This document shows positions 1 to 8,939 of a stretch of 26,143 bases of DNA, piece after piece. The notes beneath the pieces were generated by a model. That model was not told the DNA's origin. It saw only the letters and a program-made list of their open reading frames with translations, and searched no databases. Both the position numbers and the translations under genes were made by a program. Source of the DNA: Candidatus Hermodarchaeota archaeon (GTDB taxonomy: Archaea; Asgardarchaeota; Hermodarchaeia; Hermodarchaeales; Hermodarchaeaceae); the NCBI GenBank assembly GCA_016840065.1, contig JAEOTB010000048.1, positions 1-26,143 on the forward strand. The letters run 5' to 3'. Position 1 is the stretch's first letter. The number at the start of each line of letters is the position of its first letter.

Positions 1-1280
1 GAATACGAGGGGAAGTACCCAAAGTAGGCAATAGCCCAGTGAGTATCCTGCATGACTCCTTCGCTGTCGTTCTCGATTTCGAGGCCAAGGTATTTGTCGT
101 ATTTCTCATTCCAGATACTGGGAAGGTCGGGGAAAGCGATTTTCTCTGTAAAGAGGTCGTATTCCACCTCAAACCTGATAATAATATGGAGCAGATAGGT
201 GAGTTCGTCAGCTTCGACGCGTATCTTGGAACGCTCCACGTTGTTGACTGCTTGGACCATCTGCTCGACTGAGATGTCCTTGAAGGTCTTTCCGGTGTGT
301 TTGTTGAGACGGGGGAGGAAATACTCCCAGAACTCAGAAGACCTACCAACATTGTTCTCAACGAAGCGTGACTGCGACTCGTGGATACCAAAGCTAGATG
401 CATCGCCGACAGGCTGCCATTTCCATTCTTCGGGGTGCCCCTGAGTGTAAAGAGCGTGCCCTGCCTCGTGTAAAATGCCGTAGAAACCAGAGGTGAAATT
501 ATCCTCGAAGTAGCGAGTAGTAATTCTGACGTCATCATAATATCCTGTACTAAAAGGATGTGTCACTTCATCGATGCGTCCACCAGCTTCTTTAGAGGTA
601 GTGTCATATTTCGCGAAGCTAGCAAGGTCTGTGGCAATAAGGCGCTGTGTCTCGATGGGGACAGACCTGTTAAGGAAGCGCAAATCTAATTTGCTACTGG
701 CTTCAACACAGGAGTTTACCAGGGGGACTAACTGTTTACGGAGCTTTGTGAAGACCTCTGAGATTTTTTCACTCCGCATATTTGGTTCGAACTGATCAAT
801 GAGCGCGTCATAGGGCGTTGGGGTGCCTTTCACCTCCATCAATATCGCAGCCCGTTGCTTTACCAGGTCAACAAGCTTTGAAAGCTCTGGCTCGAAAATC
901 TTCCAATCTTTTGCAGTCTTTGCCCGTTTCCAAGCACCGTTTGTGATAGTGCGTTGTTTAGTGAGAGCGGTGACTAGCTCTTCAGGGATACGAGTTGCCA
1001 TATCGTACTGCTTTCGGATGAGGTGTACATTGCGCTTCTGGACCTGATCCAGTTTCCCATAGGTGGTCTTCTGTTCGACCTTTCTCAGCAGCTTCCCCAA
1101 ATCATCACTGCTCAGAATTCTGTGGCGCATCTTACCTAGGAAAGCTTGCTGCTCTCCCCGCTGAGGATAACCACGCGGGGGCATGTATGTCTCTAGATCC
1201 CAGCCAATTACACCACTTATTGTCTCGATTATTGTTACATCTCGGGTTTTGGCGAGAAGCTCATCATAAGCTGCTGTCAT
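1..1280 (-). CDS. Carboxypeptidase Taq, M32 metallopeptidase (3' end beyond the window edge)
   Basis: Translated by hand from ATG at 1280 (MTAAYDELLAKTRD...). Contains WDLETYMP, HPF, DVRITTRY, HEAGH (HEXXH), HESQS, IRVEADELTY and QDTHW...GYFPSY, the diagnostic M32 motifs. The frame is open to the edge, so it is missing from the ORF track. Confidence 0.95.
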   Translation of the reverse strand, partial: MTAAYDELLAKTRDVTIIETISGVIGWDLETYMPPRGYPQRGEQQAFLGKMRHRILSSDDLGKLLRKVEQKTTYGKLDQVQKRNVHLIRKQYDMATRIPEELVTALTKQRTITNGAWKRAKTAKDWKIFEPELSKLVDLVKQRAAILMEVKGTPTPYDALIDQFEPNMRSEKISEVFTKLRKQLVPLVNSCVEASSKLDLRFLNRSVPIETQRLIATDLASFAKYDTTSKEAGGRIDEVTHPFSTGYYDDVRITTRYFEDNFTSGFYGILHEAGHALYTQGHPEEWKWQPVGDASSFGIHESQSRFVENNVGRSSEFWEYFLPRLNKHTGKTFKDISVEQMVQAVNNVERSKIRVEADELTYLLHIIIRFEVEYDLFTEKIAFPDLPSIWNEKYDKYLGLEIENDSEGVMQDTHWAIAYFGYFPSY

Positions 1281-1414
1281 AGCGGAGGCATTGAATACCT
1301 TGCCCTTAAAAGTCTGACAGATAGGGGTAAAATTCGTAATTAACAGAACAAGCACAGGAGTTTAAGGGTACAAACTATGGGAACCACAACATCCATCGAA
1401 TCGAAGTGAAATAG

Positions 1415-2515
1415 ATGGGTGACATCTCAAAACTCCTCAAAACTCATATCCAGAAGGCGAAACCGTATAGTCCCACAGCCGCCCTTCGGCTGCTGAAACC
1501 TAGGGCTAAGGGTTCAGGGTTCATTCGCCTTCAGGGAAACGAGCTGCCCTTCGGCATCTCACCCAAAGTTCAGCAAGCCATAATCGATGCCCTCCCAGAG
1601 GCGCACCTGTACCCGGATTCTTCCTATTACGATGTGATGAAAGCCCTAGCCGAGTACACAGGCTTTGACGCTAAAGCCCTAGTGTTGGCCAATGGTTCAA
1701 CCCAGTTCATCGACAGTTTATACCATGGCTTCATCAATCAAGGTGATTCTGTCCTCTTCATCCCCCCAGATTATGGTCCCTACAGAATCCGCCTTAGAAT
1801 CTGTGGCGGAAAAGCACAACTCGCCTCCCGTCCACCACCAGATTACAACTGGGATTTTGACAAGGTCATAGATGCGATTACCCCTGAAACCAAAGTCGTT
1901 GTTGTAGTCAGTCCAAACAACCCTTGCGGAGATTGCACTCCTGAAGCTGGTCTTCGCCGTCTCCTAGAGAAGGATCTTCTCGTTGTTGTGGATGAAGCCT
2001 ACTACGAGTTCGCCGATAGCACACTAGTTCACCTAGTCAAGGAATATGAGAACCTTATCGTCACACGAACCTTCGCCAAGGTCTTTGGCTTCGCTGGACT
2101 CCGCCTAGGATACGCTATCACCACACCAGAACTTGCAAAATACCTAACAAAGGTAATTCATCATTTTCCAGTGAACCGTCTAACAGCAGCTGCTGCTGTT
2201 GCAGCGCTCAAGGATAAAGAATTCCTAGAGTTTGTACGCCGCGAAATCCGTACCAACCGGGTTTACCTTGAACAAGAACTCAACAAGATTGAGGGTGTCC
2301 GAGCTTTCCCCTCTCAGACTAACTTCGTCCTCGCTCAGTTGTCAAAACCAGGGCTTACCTCCGGTAAGATAGCAACGAAGCTACTCCTTCGGGGTATCCT
2401 CATCAGAGACTACACGGGCAAGGCAGGTTTAGAAGGAGAGTTCATCCGTATCACCGTAGGAACGAAGGAACAGAACAAAGCCGTGGTTCAGATTATTGCC
2501 TCTGCATTCTCCTAG
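1415..2515 (+). CDS. hisC: Histidinol-phosphate aminotransferase-like PLP-dependent aminotransferase (class I/II)
   Basis: Motifs GNELPFG, YPD, NGS, SPNNPCG, DEAYYEF, RTFAKVFGFAGLRLGY (PLP lysine), PSQTNF and RITVGT. No other his genes are nearby, so the substrate is uncertain. Confidence 0.85.
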   Translation: MGDISKLLKTHIQKAKPYSPTAALRLLKPRAKGSGFIRLQGNELPFGISPKVQQAIIDALPEAHLYPDSSYYDVMKALAEYTGFDAKALVLANGSTQFIDSLYHGFINQGDSVLFIPPDYGPYRIRLRICGGKAQLASRPPPDYNWDFDKVIDAITPETKVVVVVSPNNPCGDCTPEAGLRRLLEKDLLVVVDEAYYEFADSTLVHLVKEYENLIVTRTFAKVFGFAGLRLGYAITTPELAKYLTKVIHHFPVNRLTAAAAVAALKDKEFLEFVRREIRTNRVYLEQELNKIEGVRAFPSQTNFVLAQLSKPGLTSGKIATKLLLRGILIRDYTGKAGLEGEFIRITVGTKEQNKAVVQIIASAFS

Positions 2516-2546
2516 GATCAGAGTTTTCTGAAGCATTTCCCAGGTG

Positions 2547-3716
2547 TTAAGAACTGGTTTGTAGGAAATCGTCCATTTCCTTTAGTTTGTCTTGGAATAT
2601 TGTGGAATAGTGCAAGAACACTTCCACTCGCTTTGATTCTGCGTTATAAAACTTAGTTAGCGGTTGAGAACGGAGATATTCAAGCAACGGTTTGAGGAAG
2701 GCGTCATCTGAGAAGATAGTTTGTACAGTTTTGATTGATTGGTTCAACTCAGAAAGGTATTCTTGGCTTTGTCGAATACCTATCCGGAGTAGCCCAAAAT
2801 CAATCGTATCTGGAAAAGAGTTTACAACATCGGGTTCTGGGTGGGTGAAAAACTCCCGCCGCCAACCTGCGATGTCAGTGTCCTTAGGGATAACTGTTGT
2901 CAGGATGCAAATTTCATGTTTGACAAACAAATCGTAGACCTTCGCCCGTAATGTCAATAACTCCGATAGTTTCAGGCCCCATTCTTCGATGGGTGCAAAA
3001 AGATCAATCCGCTGCTCTAATTGAGGACCGTTAACCTTGATAGGCGTGTCGTCTGAACTAATTAATAGAGGTTGGGTAGCCCGAATTACCGCGAAAAGGT
3101 CGAAGTACTTGGCAATTGCCTGTTGAATTTGATGAGGATCTTTCGTGTCATAAGCATTAGTCAGCGTTTGACTGAATGCACGATAGAAACTTTGGCGTGA
3201 ATCCTGGGATAAAGCTGTTAAAATTACTGGTACGCTTTTAAGGTGTTCACATTCAAGAACCTCGATAGCTTCTACCATTCTAGGGGCATTTCGAGCTAGT
3301 TCTTCGGTTTGGTCAACTAATATGGTCAATTCGGTGAGAGCATCAGAAACAACCCAACGCAAGTAGTCGGTGTCCAGCTTCTGGTCTTCCATAAATGGTA
3401 ATATGCTTGCAGAGTGGTCAAGTACTGCTTCTATCTGTTTTTCAGTCAACCTCAGATTGTTGCATATATTTTCGAGATGATTTTGCCATTGCTTCAGCTG
3501 CTGCACATATCCTGCAGCCCCCCGAATCAAATAAACAAGGTGCTGCAACCACTCAGTCTCTAATATAGGCACGTCCCCGGGTTCTTGAAGTACCCTGTCC
3601 CAAGCGTCCATGCTGGTGTCTTCTACTCCTGTTGGTATGTCGTATACTCGTCGGACGAAATCGCGTATCAGTATGAAATACTCGGCTATGATTCTAACAT
3701 CCGGTGGAAGAGACAA
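2547..3716 (-). CDS. Unknown all-alpha-helical protein, paralog A (389 aa from the likely TTG start at 3716)
   Basis: Long ORF. TTG at 3716 follows GGAGCAGGTG and puts AEYF at residues 11-14, exactly as in the neighbouring paralog. About 42% identical to 3871-5037 by hand count, with one gap. Confidence 0.85.
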   Translation of the reverse strand: MSLPPDVRIIAEYFILIRDFVRRVYDIPTGVEDTSMDAWDRVLQEPGDVPILETEWLQHLVYLIRGAAGYVQQLKQWQNHLENICNNLRLTEKQIEAVLDHSASILPFMEDQKLDTDYLRWVVSDALTELTILVDQTEELARNAPRMVEAIEVLECEHLKSVPVILTALSQDSRQSFYRAFSQTLTNAYDTKDPHQIQQAIAKYFDLFAVIRATQPLLISSDDTPIKVNGPQLEQRIDLFAPIEEWGLKLSELLTLRAKVYDLFVKHEICILTTVIPKDTDIAGWRREFFTHPEPDVVNSFPDTIDFGLLRIGIRQSQEYLSELNQSIKTVQTIFSDDAFLKPLLEYLRSQPLTKFYNAESKRVEVFLHYSTIFQDKLKEMDDFLQTSS

Positions 3717-3870
3717 AAGTGCACCTGCTCCCAAATTTACTTCATTGACTATTAGTAAACTGGTCGATAAGGATTTCCCTAGAAAGGGTTAGTGATGTTA
3801 ACATGCGAGGATTCTGTTAGTTTTAGATAAAATCTGGTAAGGATTTAGAAACAATGGTCTCTCAATCTTC

Positions 3871-5037
3871 TCAAGATAAATCTCGAAGGAAAGCGTGAAT
3901 CGCCTCAAGCCTTTTCACAAACTGATCCGAATAGGAGAAGAAAGCGTCCATCCGCTTTAGTTCAGCATCTAAGAAGCGTCTGAGTGGAGGAGAACGGAGG
4001 TAATCCAGTACAAGAAGGATAGACTCGTTGCTGAGTATAGATTGAGCCTGAGTAACATAACTGATCACCTCTGAGAGCTGGTCTAAACTTTGCCCGATGG
4101 CTATCTGTAAAAGGTCACTATCACAGGTGGCTGGGAAGAAGGTAGTTGCTGCTCTTTTCGGATGAGCGAAGAATTCCCGTAACCATAGAATGTGATTCTG
4201 CTCCCTTGGTAGAATCGCTGAAATTAATGTGAATTCATGCATGATAAACAAGGTGTAGATTTTTGCTCGAAGGTCTACTAATTTTTCTATATCTTGGTTC
4301 CATTGCTGAATAGTGTCAAACAGGTTGATTCGTTGATTCAGTTCCTGGGGAGTAAATCCCATTAGTGCATCATCTTCGTCAATGAAGAAATGTTGACTTG
4401 TGCGGATACGCTTGAAATAATCAAAGTACTCAGCGAGGAGTTGTTTAATCCGATGAGGGCTTTTTGAAGAATATGCCTTAACAAGAGTGTTGTTTATACG
4501 TCTGTAGAAGCTCTGACGGAAATCATCAGAAAAACCTTCGACGATAACAAATCCCGTTCTAAGATGTTCACAATCAAGCTCTTTAATTGCCTCAAGGACT
4601 GAAGGGAATTCAAGAACCAATTCCTCAGTCTGGTCAACCAAGGATGTAAACTCTGTGATGGCGTCAGAGACTACCCAATGTAAGTAATCTAGCTCGAATT
4701 CCTGTTCCTCCAAGAAGGGTGTTATCTCCTCTGCAAGAGTTACGACCTTGTGTTGCTGCTCCTTTGTTAGCCGAAGATTCGACGAAAGATGGTTTAGATG
4801 TTTCTGCCATCTCTCTAGTAGTCGGAGGTAGCTATTAACACCTCCAATTACGTTGACAAGGTGCTTGAGCCACCTCGTCTCTATAGCTGGAACCTCTCCG
4901 AGCTTTTCGGTTAACTGTGCCCAAGAGCCCGTTTCCATACCCTCTACCCCTGTTCCAAAACTAAACGCCTTTTGTACAAACTCCCGTAAGAAATCGAAAT
5001 ACTCCGCAACCACTTTGATTACCGAAGAAGGTTCCAA
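3871..5037 (-). CDS. Unknown all-alpha-helical protein, paralog B (388 aa)
   Basis: Long ORF, colinear with paralog A (WVVSDA.TE.T.LVDQTEEL, CEHL, RQSFYR, W.REFF.HP, YLRS.PL). GAGGGG lies upstream of the TTG start. Confidence 0.85.
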   Translation of the reverse strand: MEPSSVIKVVAEYFDFLREFVQKAFSFGTGVEGMETGSWAQLTEKLGEVPAIETRWLKHLVNVIGGVNSYLRLLERWQKHLNHLSSNLRLTKEQQHKVVTLAEEITPFLEEQEFELDYLHWVVSDAITEFTSLVDQTEELVLEFPSVLEAIKELDCEHLRTGFVIVEGFSDDFRQSFYRRINNTLVKAYSSKSPHRIKQLLAEYFDYFKRIRTSQHFFIDEDDALMGFTPQELNQRINLFDTIQQWNQDIEKLVDLRAKIYTLFIMHEFTLISAILPREQNHILWLREFFAHPKRAATTFFPATCDSDLLQIAIGQSLDQLSEVISYVTQAQSILSNESILLVLDYLRSPPLRRFLDAELKRMDAFFSYSDQFVKRLEAIHAFLRDLS

Positions 5038-5235
5038 AGATATCTAAATCCCCTCAGAAAGGTTGTGTAGTAATTTAGTGTTGGATAATTTAAATGTAAT
5101 ATTTTGAAGTATGTGAACTTTGAATTCTGGGGACGAAAAGACTAATCCCAAAACCAGCAACTACACATATTCCCTGCCAAAGGAGGAAGGGCTTTCTTTA
5201 TATTATTTAATAAAAGCTTGAGGTGTATACGCGAC

Positions 5236-5760
5236 ATGAAATTTGAGGACCACATTAAACAATTCCAGCTCCAACGTGGTGCTATCTATTATGCTGGTCG
5301 GCGCCTTGTTATCGTCGAAGCAGAGTATTTGGCTGGGCTACAACAAAAGATGGAAGAAATTATCGGAACTGACGGTACTTTTGCCATAATTCGCGACGCC
5401 TCCTTGGAGGGTGGGCGGCGTATTGCGAAGGCTCTTGTTACGATGTTTAAGGACCTGCTACCAGAGGAACTGATTAAGGCATTCTTCAAACTCCTTGAAT
5501 TTGGGGGTTTTGGTCTCTCGGAGTTAAAGGAGTTCAGTCTAGATCCTTTCAAGATGACTGTAACCTGTGAGAACACCTATCTGGCTGGTACGATAACAGG
5601 TGCCAGTGAGCCCAGGTGTCTTTTTTTCACCATGGCGGTGGCCTTTATCGAGGCACTGCTTAAGGAGAAGGGCTATGACAAGGAATTCACCTATGAAGAA
5701 ACACAATGTGTTGCCAAGGGCGACAATATCTGTGAATCTAAGTTTTCGCAAAATGATTAA
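5236..5760 (+). CDS. V4R domain protein (XylR-N/V4R-like)
   Basis: ATG at 5236 after GAGGTG. Motifs GRRLVIV, GGFG, EPRC and EETQCVAKGDNICE match the V4R ExxCxAxGxxxC signature. Confidence 0.85.
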   Translation: MKFEDHIKQFQLQRGAIYYAGRRLVIVEAEYLAGLQQKMEEIIGTDGTFAIIRDASLEGGRRIAKALVTMFKDLLPEELIKAFFKLLEFGGFGLSELKEFSLDPFKMTVTCENTYLAGTITGASEPRCLFFTMAVAFIEALLKEKGYDKEFTYEETQCVAKGDNICESKFSQND

Positions 5761-5778
5761 GAATCCATTTTCGCCGTT

Positions 5779-6921
5779 TTAGCTTCCCGTTTCCAAGTCA
5801 CGCAGTTTGTATAGGACGATTTCTCTGTGGCCTGCGGTACTCAAGCTCCGTAGGTAGTCAATCATGTCTTGGTCATTCTCTAGACCGTGTCTTTTCAGTG
5901 TCCGAGCTACTAATGCATTGAATTCTTCATCAGAGAGGCTTGCTATCTCTACATCATCTAGCTCATCTAGCTCTTTCTCTTCTTCAGTATAGGGTTCCTC
6001 AATTTCAGGATGTGTCCTCTCAAAAGATGAAGGCTGTTCAGAATCGGAGGTTCTTTCATCGTAGAGGTTCTGTAGGCGATGTATTACCGTCTCTCGGTGA
6101 CCCGCGGCGCTTAGGCTTCTGAGGTAATCATAGATCAGTTCGTCTCTTTTCACACCCAGTTGCTCTAATATCTTGGTTACTCGCTCGTCAAACTCTTCTT
6201 GCGGCAAGCTCGCATCAGATAAGCTCGCAAATAGCAAGACTAAACTGCTTTCTTCATCTGAAACGGCAGGAGTAGGCTCAGGTTGAGGTGTTTCCTGTTG
6301 AGAGGGTGCTGCTGCTAGAGGTATTCTAACAAGAGTTCTTGGTGGGCCTTCGGATTTGATATTTACCTCGACAAGACGCTGGAATATGGCAAGTATGTTC
6401 TGCTCATTGGAGGCGCTGGTTTCAAAATAATATGCACCGAGTTCCTCTGCGAGGGCTTGCCCCTCCTCTTTCCTGATAACCCGCTCATCTTCGATATCCA
6501 CCTTTGTCCCTACAAGAACGGTAGGGATGACACCTTGGGTGCGAAGAATCTCCTTTGACAGATTGGGCACTTTCTCAAAGGAAGCTCGGCTAGTCACACT
6601 AAAGACATGGATTGCGCCAACGCTCCCACGATAATGGGATTCCCGCAGGCTCTGAAACCACGGCTCACATCCCAGCATCCACAACTGGAGGGCGATAACA
6701 TCCTCCCCGTATTCTAACTGGCAAACGCCAAAGGAAGTACCAGTGAGCCGATAATATCCTTCATTGAAAAAGTCGTATCCGATGAAGTTTTGGATGAGGG
6801 TTCTCCTACCCACACCAGTGTCTCCGAGAATAAGCACTTTTAGTACGTAGCTACTTTGTCTTTCTAAACTGCTCTCGGTGCTAGGGGGTTCCTCACGACG
6901 AGATTTCCAAAATCTTCGCAC
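5779..6921 (-). CDS. Rab-like small GTPase with degenerate G1/G3 motifs and a duplicated C-terminal helical domain
   Basis: KVLILGDTGVGRRT (G1-like), LQLWMLG (G3 position), HYRGS.GAI.VFSVTSRASF, VLVGTKVD (G4) and YFETSA (G5). GTG start follows GGTGGGAG. Confidence 0.9.
   Translation of the reverse strand: MRRFWKSRREEPPSTESSLERQSSYVLKVLILGDTGVGRRTLIQNFIGYDFFNEGYYRLTGTSFGVCQLEYGEDVIALQLWMLGCEPWFQSLRESHYRGSVGAIHVFSVTSRASFEKVPNLSKEILRTQGVIPTVLVGTKVDIEDERVIRKEEGQALAEELGAYYFETSASNEQNILAIFQRLVEVNIKSEGPPRTLVRIPLAAAPSQQETPQPEPTPAVSDEESSLVLLFASLSDASLPQEEFDERVTKILEQLGVKRDELIYDYLRSLSAAGHRETVIHRLQNLYDERTSDSEQPSSFERTHPEIEEPYTEEEKELDELDDVEIASLSDEEFNALVARTLKRHGLENDQDMIDYLRSLSTAGHREIVLYKLRDLETGS
5794..6213 (-). 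repeat. Two 50-aa repeats in the GTPase C-terminus (aa 237-286 and 327-376)
   Basis: ASLPQEEF...DYLRSLSAAGHRETVIHRLQNL versus ASLSDEEF...DYLRSLSTAGHREIVLYKLRDL: 25/50 identical, ungapped, 90 aa apart. Confidence 0.95.
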
Positions 6922-7140
6922 AGATTATCTCCCACCGATTGATTTTGTTTCCCAGCTCAATGAGCCCGGGCTTGACGATGTTACAATATCTCCTTGCATC
7001 CTATATTAGTACTGTTCTCTGCAAGACGAAATAGCCAAAAAACAACAGCAACCAAGATTAGCTTGAATTGTAGAGGAAGAATTAGGGCTTTCCATTCATT
7101 TTTTAGCCTTGATTGTAGGAGGGCGAGGGAGTGATTCAAC

Positions 7141-8925
7141 ATGACTGAAAGCAACATGGCGTGGAATCTCGCCCCCCTAGTAGATTCATCAGATCTAGAG
7201 TATCTGAAAACCCAGATGGAACAGCTCATCGCTGAAGCAGAAAAACTGGGCAAAGATTACAGGGACAAGATTACCTCGCTGGACGCAAATGGGCTTCTAA
7301 AACTCCTAAAAAGAATAGAGAAAAACATTCTAGAACGGGAGTCGGTTCTCAGATATGCCCGGCTGAGGTACTCAGCGAACTCACTGGACCCAGAGGCAAA
7401 ACAAATCAATGATATGGGTCGGAGAGCCGAGATGAAGATACAGCAGGAAACAGCTTTTGCCATGATCGAAACAACACAACTACTCACTCAGAAACCAGAG
7501 CTAGTCAACGATCCAATATTATCAGAATATAAGCACATGCTGGAAGTGATTGTCCGTGGAGCACCACATATCCTTTCAGAGAAAGAGGAGCGCTTGATAA
7601 TCCAGAAAGACCGATTCGGCATAGACTCCTTCTACCGTCTGCAACAAGACTGGCTCACAACCCGCACCTTCAAAATCGAAGTAGATGGCAAAATAAGAGA
7701 GATGCCATATGGGGAAATCACAGCTCTCTACGAACATCCCGACCGTCAGCTTCGCAAGAAGTCCAATCGGATTGTCTATTCTCAGTTAGGAGAAGATGAG
7801 ATTCTTTGGGCAAGCGGGTTCCGCGCTATCTTCGGTGACCACCTAGAAACATGTAAACTTCGTAAATGGCCCACACCCTTAACTCAAAGCGTAATCGATA
7901 ATGATATCGATGAACAAACAGTCAAAGCACTGATGGATACGGTAGAGAATCATGTAAAACTCTACCAGCGATATCTCCGCCTCAAAACCCGTATGATGAA
8001 GCTCCCAAAGCTAGCCAACTATGACATCATAGCTCCACTGCCAGACATGCCAGACCGAAGCTTCACATGGGACCAAGCACGAACCCTCGTCATAGAATCA
8101 TACAAATCCTTCGACAAAGAATTCGCCGACATCGTAGAACACATGTTCGAGAAAAGGAGAATTGACGCAGAAGTACGGAAGGGCAAATCCTCAGGCGCTT
8201 GGTGTGCCTCTTGGCTCTCAGGAAACTCTGCCTTTATCCTTATGAGTTTTAATGGTGCCATTGGCGAAGTCTTCACACTCGCCCACGAGAATGGTCACGC
8301 AGTGCACTCAGTCCTCATGTCCACTAAACTGTCACCCTTGAACACAAGCATAAGCTTTGGCGTCGCAGAAACAGCCAGTATCTTCGGCGAACTACTCCTC
8401 GCCGAGAAGCTCATCGCCCAGGCAAAAACAAAAGCAGAAAAACAAGAGGTCCTAACCAGGATACTCGACGAATTCGGCATGACCGTGTTCCAAGTCTCCG
8501 CCAGATTCTTCTTCGAAACATGGCTCTACGAAGCCACAGAACGCGGCGAATTCCTCGACGGCGAAACCATCGCCAAATACTGGACAAAAGCCCGAGACAA
8601 AATGTACGGAGACACTATCGAATGGCTCCCCGAAATGAAATGGGAATGGACCATGAAAGCCCACTACTATATTCCTCGTTTCCGCTATTACAATTGGCCG
8701 TACGTGTACGGTCAGTTATTCGTGTTTGCACTGTATCAGTTGTATAAGGAGCAGGGCAGTGCTTTCGTTCCTAAGCTGAAGGCGCTCCTGTCTTCTGGTA
8801 GTACCAAGTCTCCTCGAGAGATGGGGTTGGAGCTGGGATTAGATATCACGACTCCGGAGTTCTGGACATTGGGTATGAAGATGGCAGAGGAGTTCCTCAA
8901 AGAGTTAGAGTCACTGATGGAATAG
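7141..8925 (+). CDS. pepF: Oligoendopeptidase F (peptidase family M3B)
   Basis: N-terminal WNL, RKGKSSGAWC, TLAHENGHAVH (HEXXH), AETASIFGE, HYY...YYNWPYVYG; 594 aa. Confidence 0.93.
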   Translation: MTESNMAWNLAPLVDSSDLEYLKTQMEQLIAEAEKLGKDYRDKITSLDANGLLKLLKRIEKNILERESVLRYARLRYSANSLDPEAKQINDMGRRAEMKIQQETAFAMIETTQLLTQKPELVNDPILSEYKHMLEVIVRGAPHILSEKEERLIIQKDRFGIDSFYRLQQDWLTTRTFKIEVDGKIREMPYGEITALYEHPDRQLRKKSNRIVYSQLGEDEILWASGFRAIFGDHLETCKLRKWPTPLTQSVIDNDIDEQTVKALMDTVENHVKLYQRYLRLKTRMMKLPKLANYDIIAPLPDMPDRSFTWDQARTLVIESYKSFDKEFADIVEHMFEKRRIDAEVRKGKSSGAWCASWLSGNSAFILMSFNGAIGEVFTLAHENGHAVHSVLMSTKLSPLNTSISFGVAETASIFGELLLAEKLIAQAKTKAEKQEVLTRILDEFGMTVFQVSARFFFETWLYEATERGEFLDGETIAKYWTKARDKMYGDTIEWLPEMKWEWTMKAHYYIPRFRYYNWPYVYGQLFVFALYQLYKEQGSAFVPKLKALLSSGSTKSPREMGLELGLDITTPEFWTLGMKMAEEFLKELESLME

Positions 8926-8939
8926 TGTGACTTTTGCCT

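Noticed and set aside
39-1047. Four short plus-strand ORFs in the track
   Set aside because: They are antisense shadows of the M32 carboxypeptidase. The same applies to the other short ORFs nested in or opposite the long genes.
3990-6130. DYLRS shared between paralog B (EYLRS in paralog A) and the GTPase repeats
   Set aside because: A five-residue match with dissimilar flanks is not enough to claim homology.
6981-7253. 90-aa minus-strand ORF
   Set aside because: Overlaps the pepF 5' end antisense, crosses its promoter region and has no recognisable motif.
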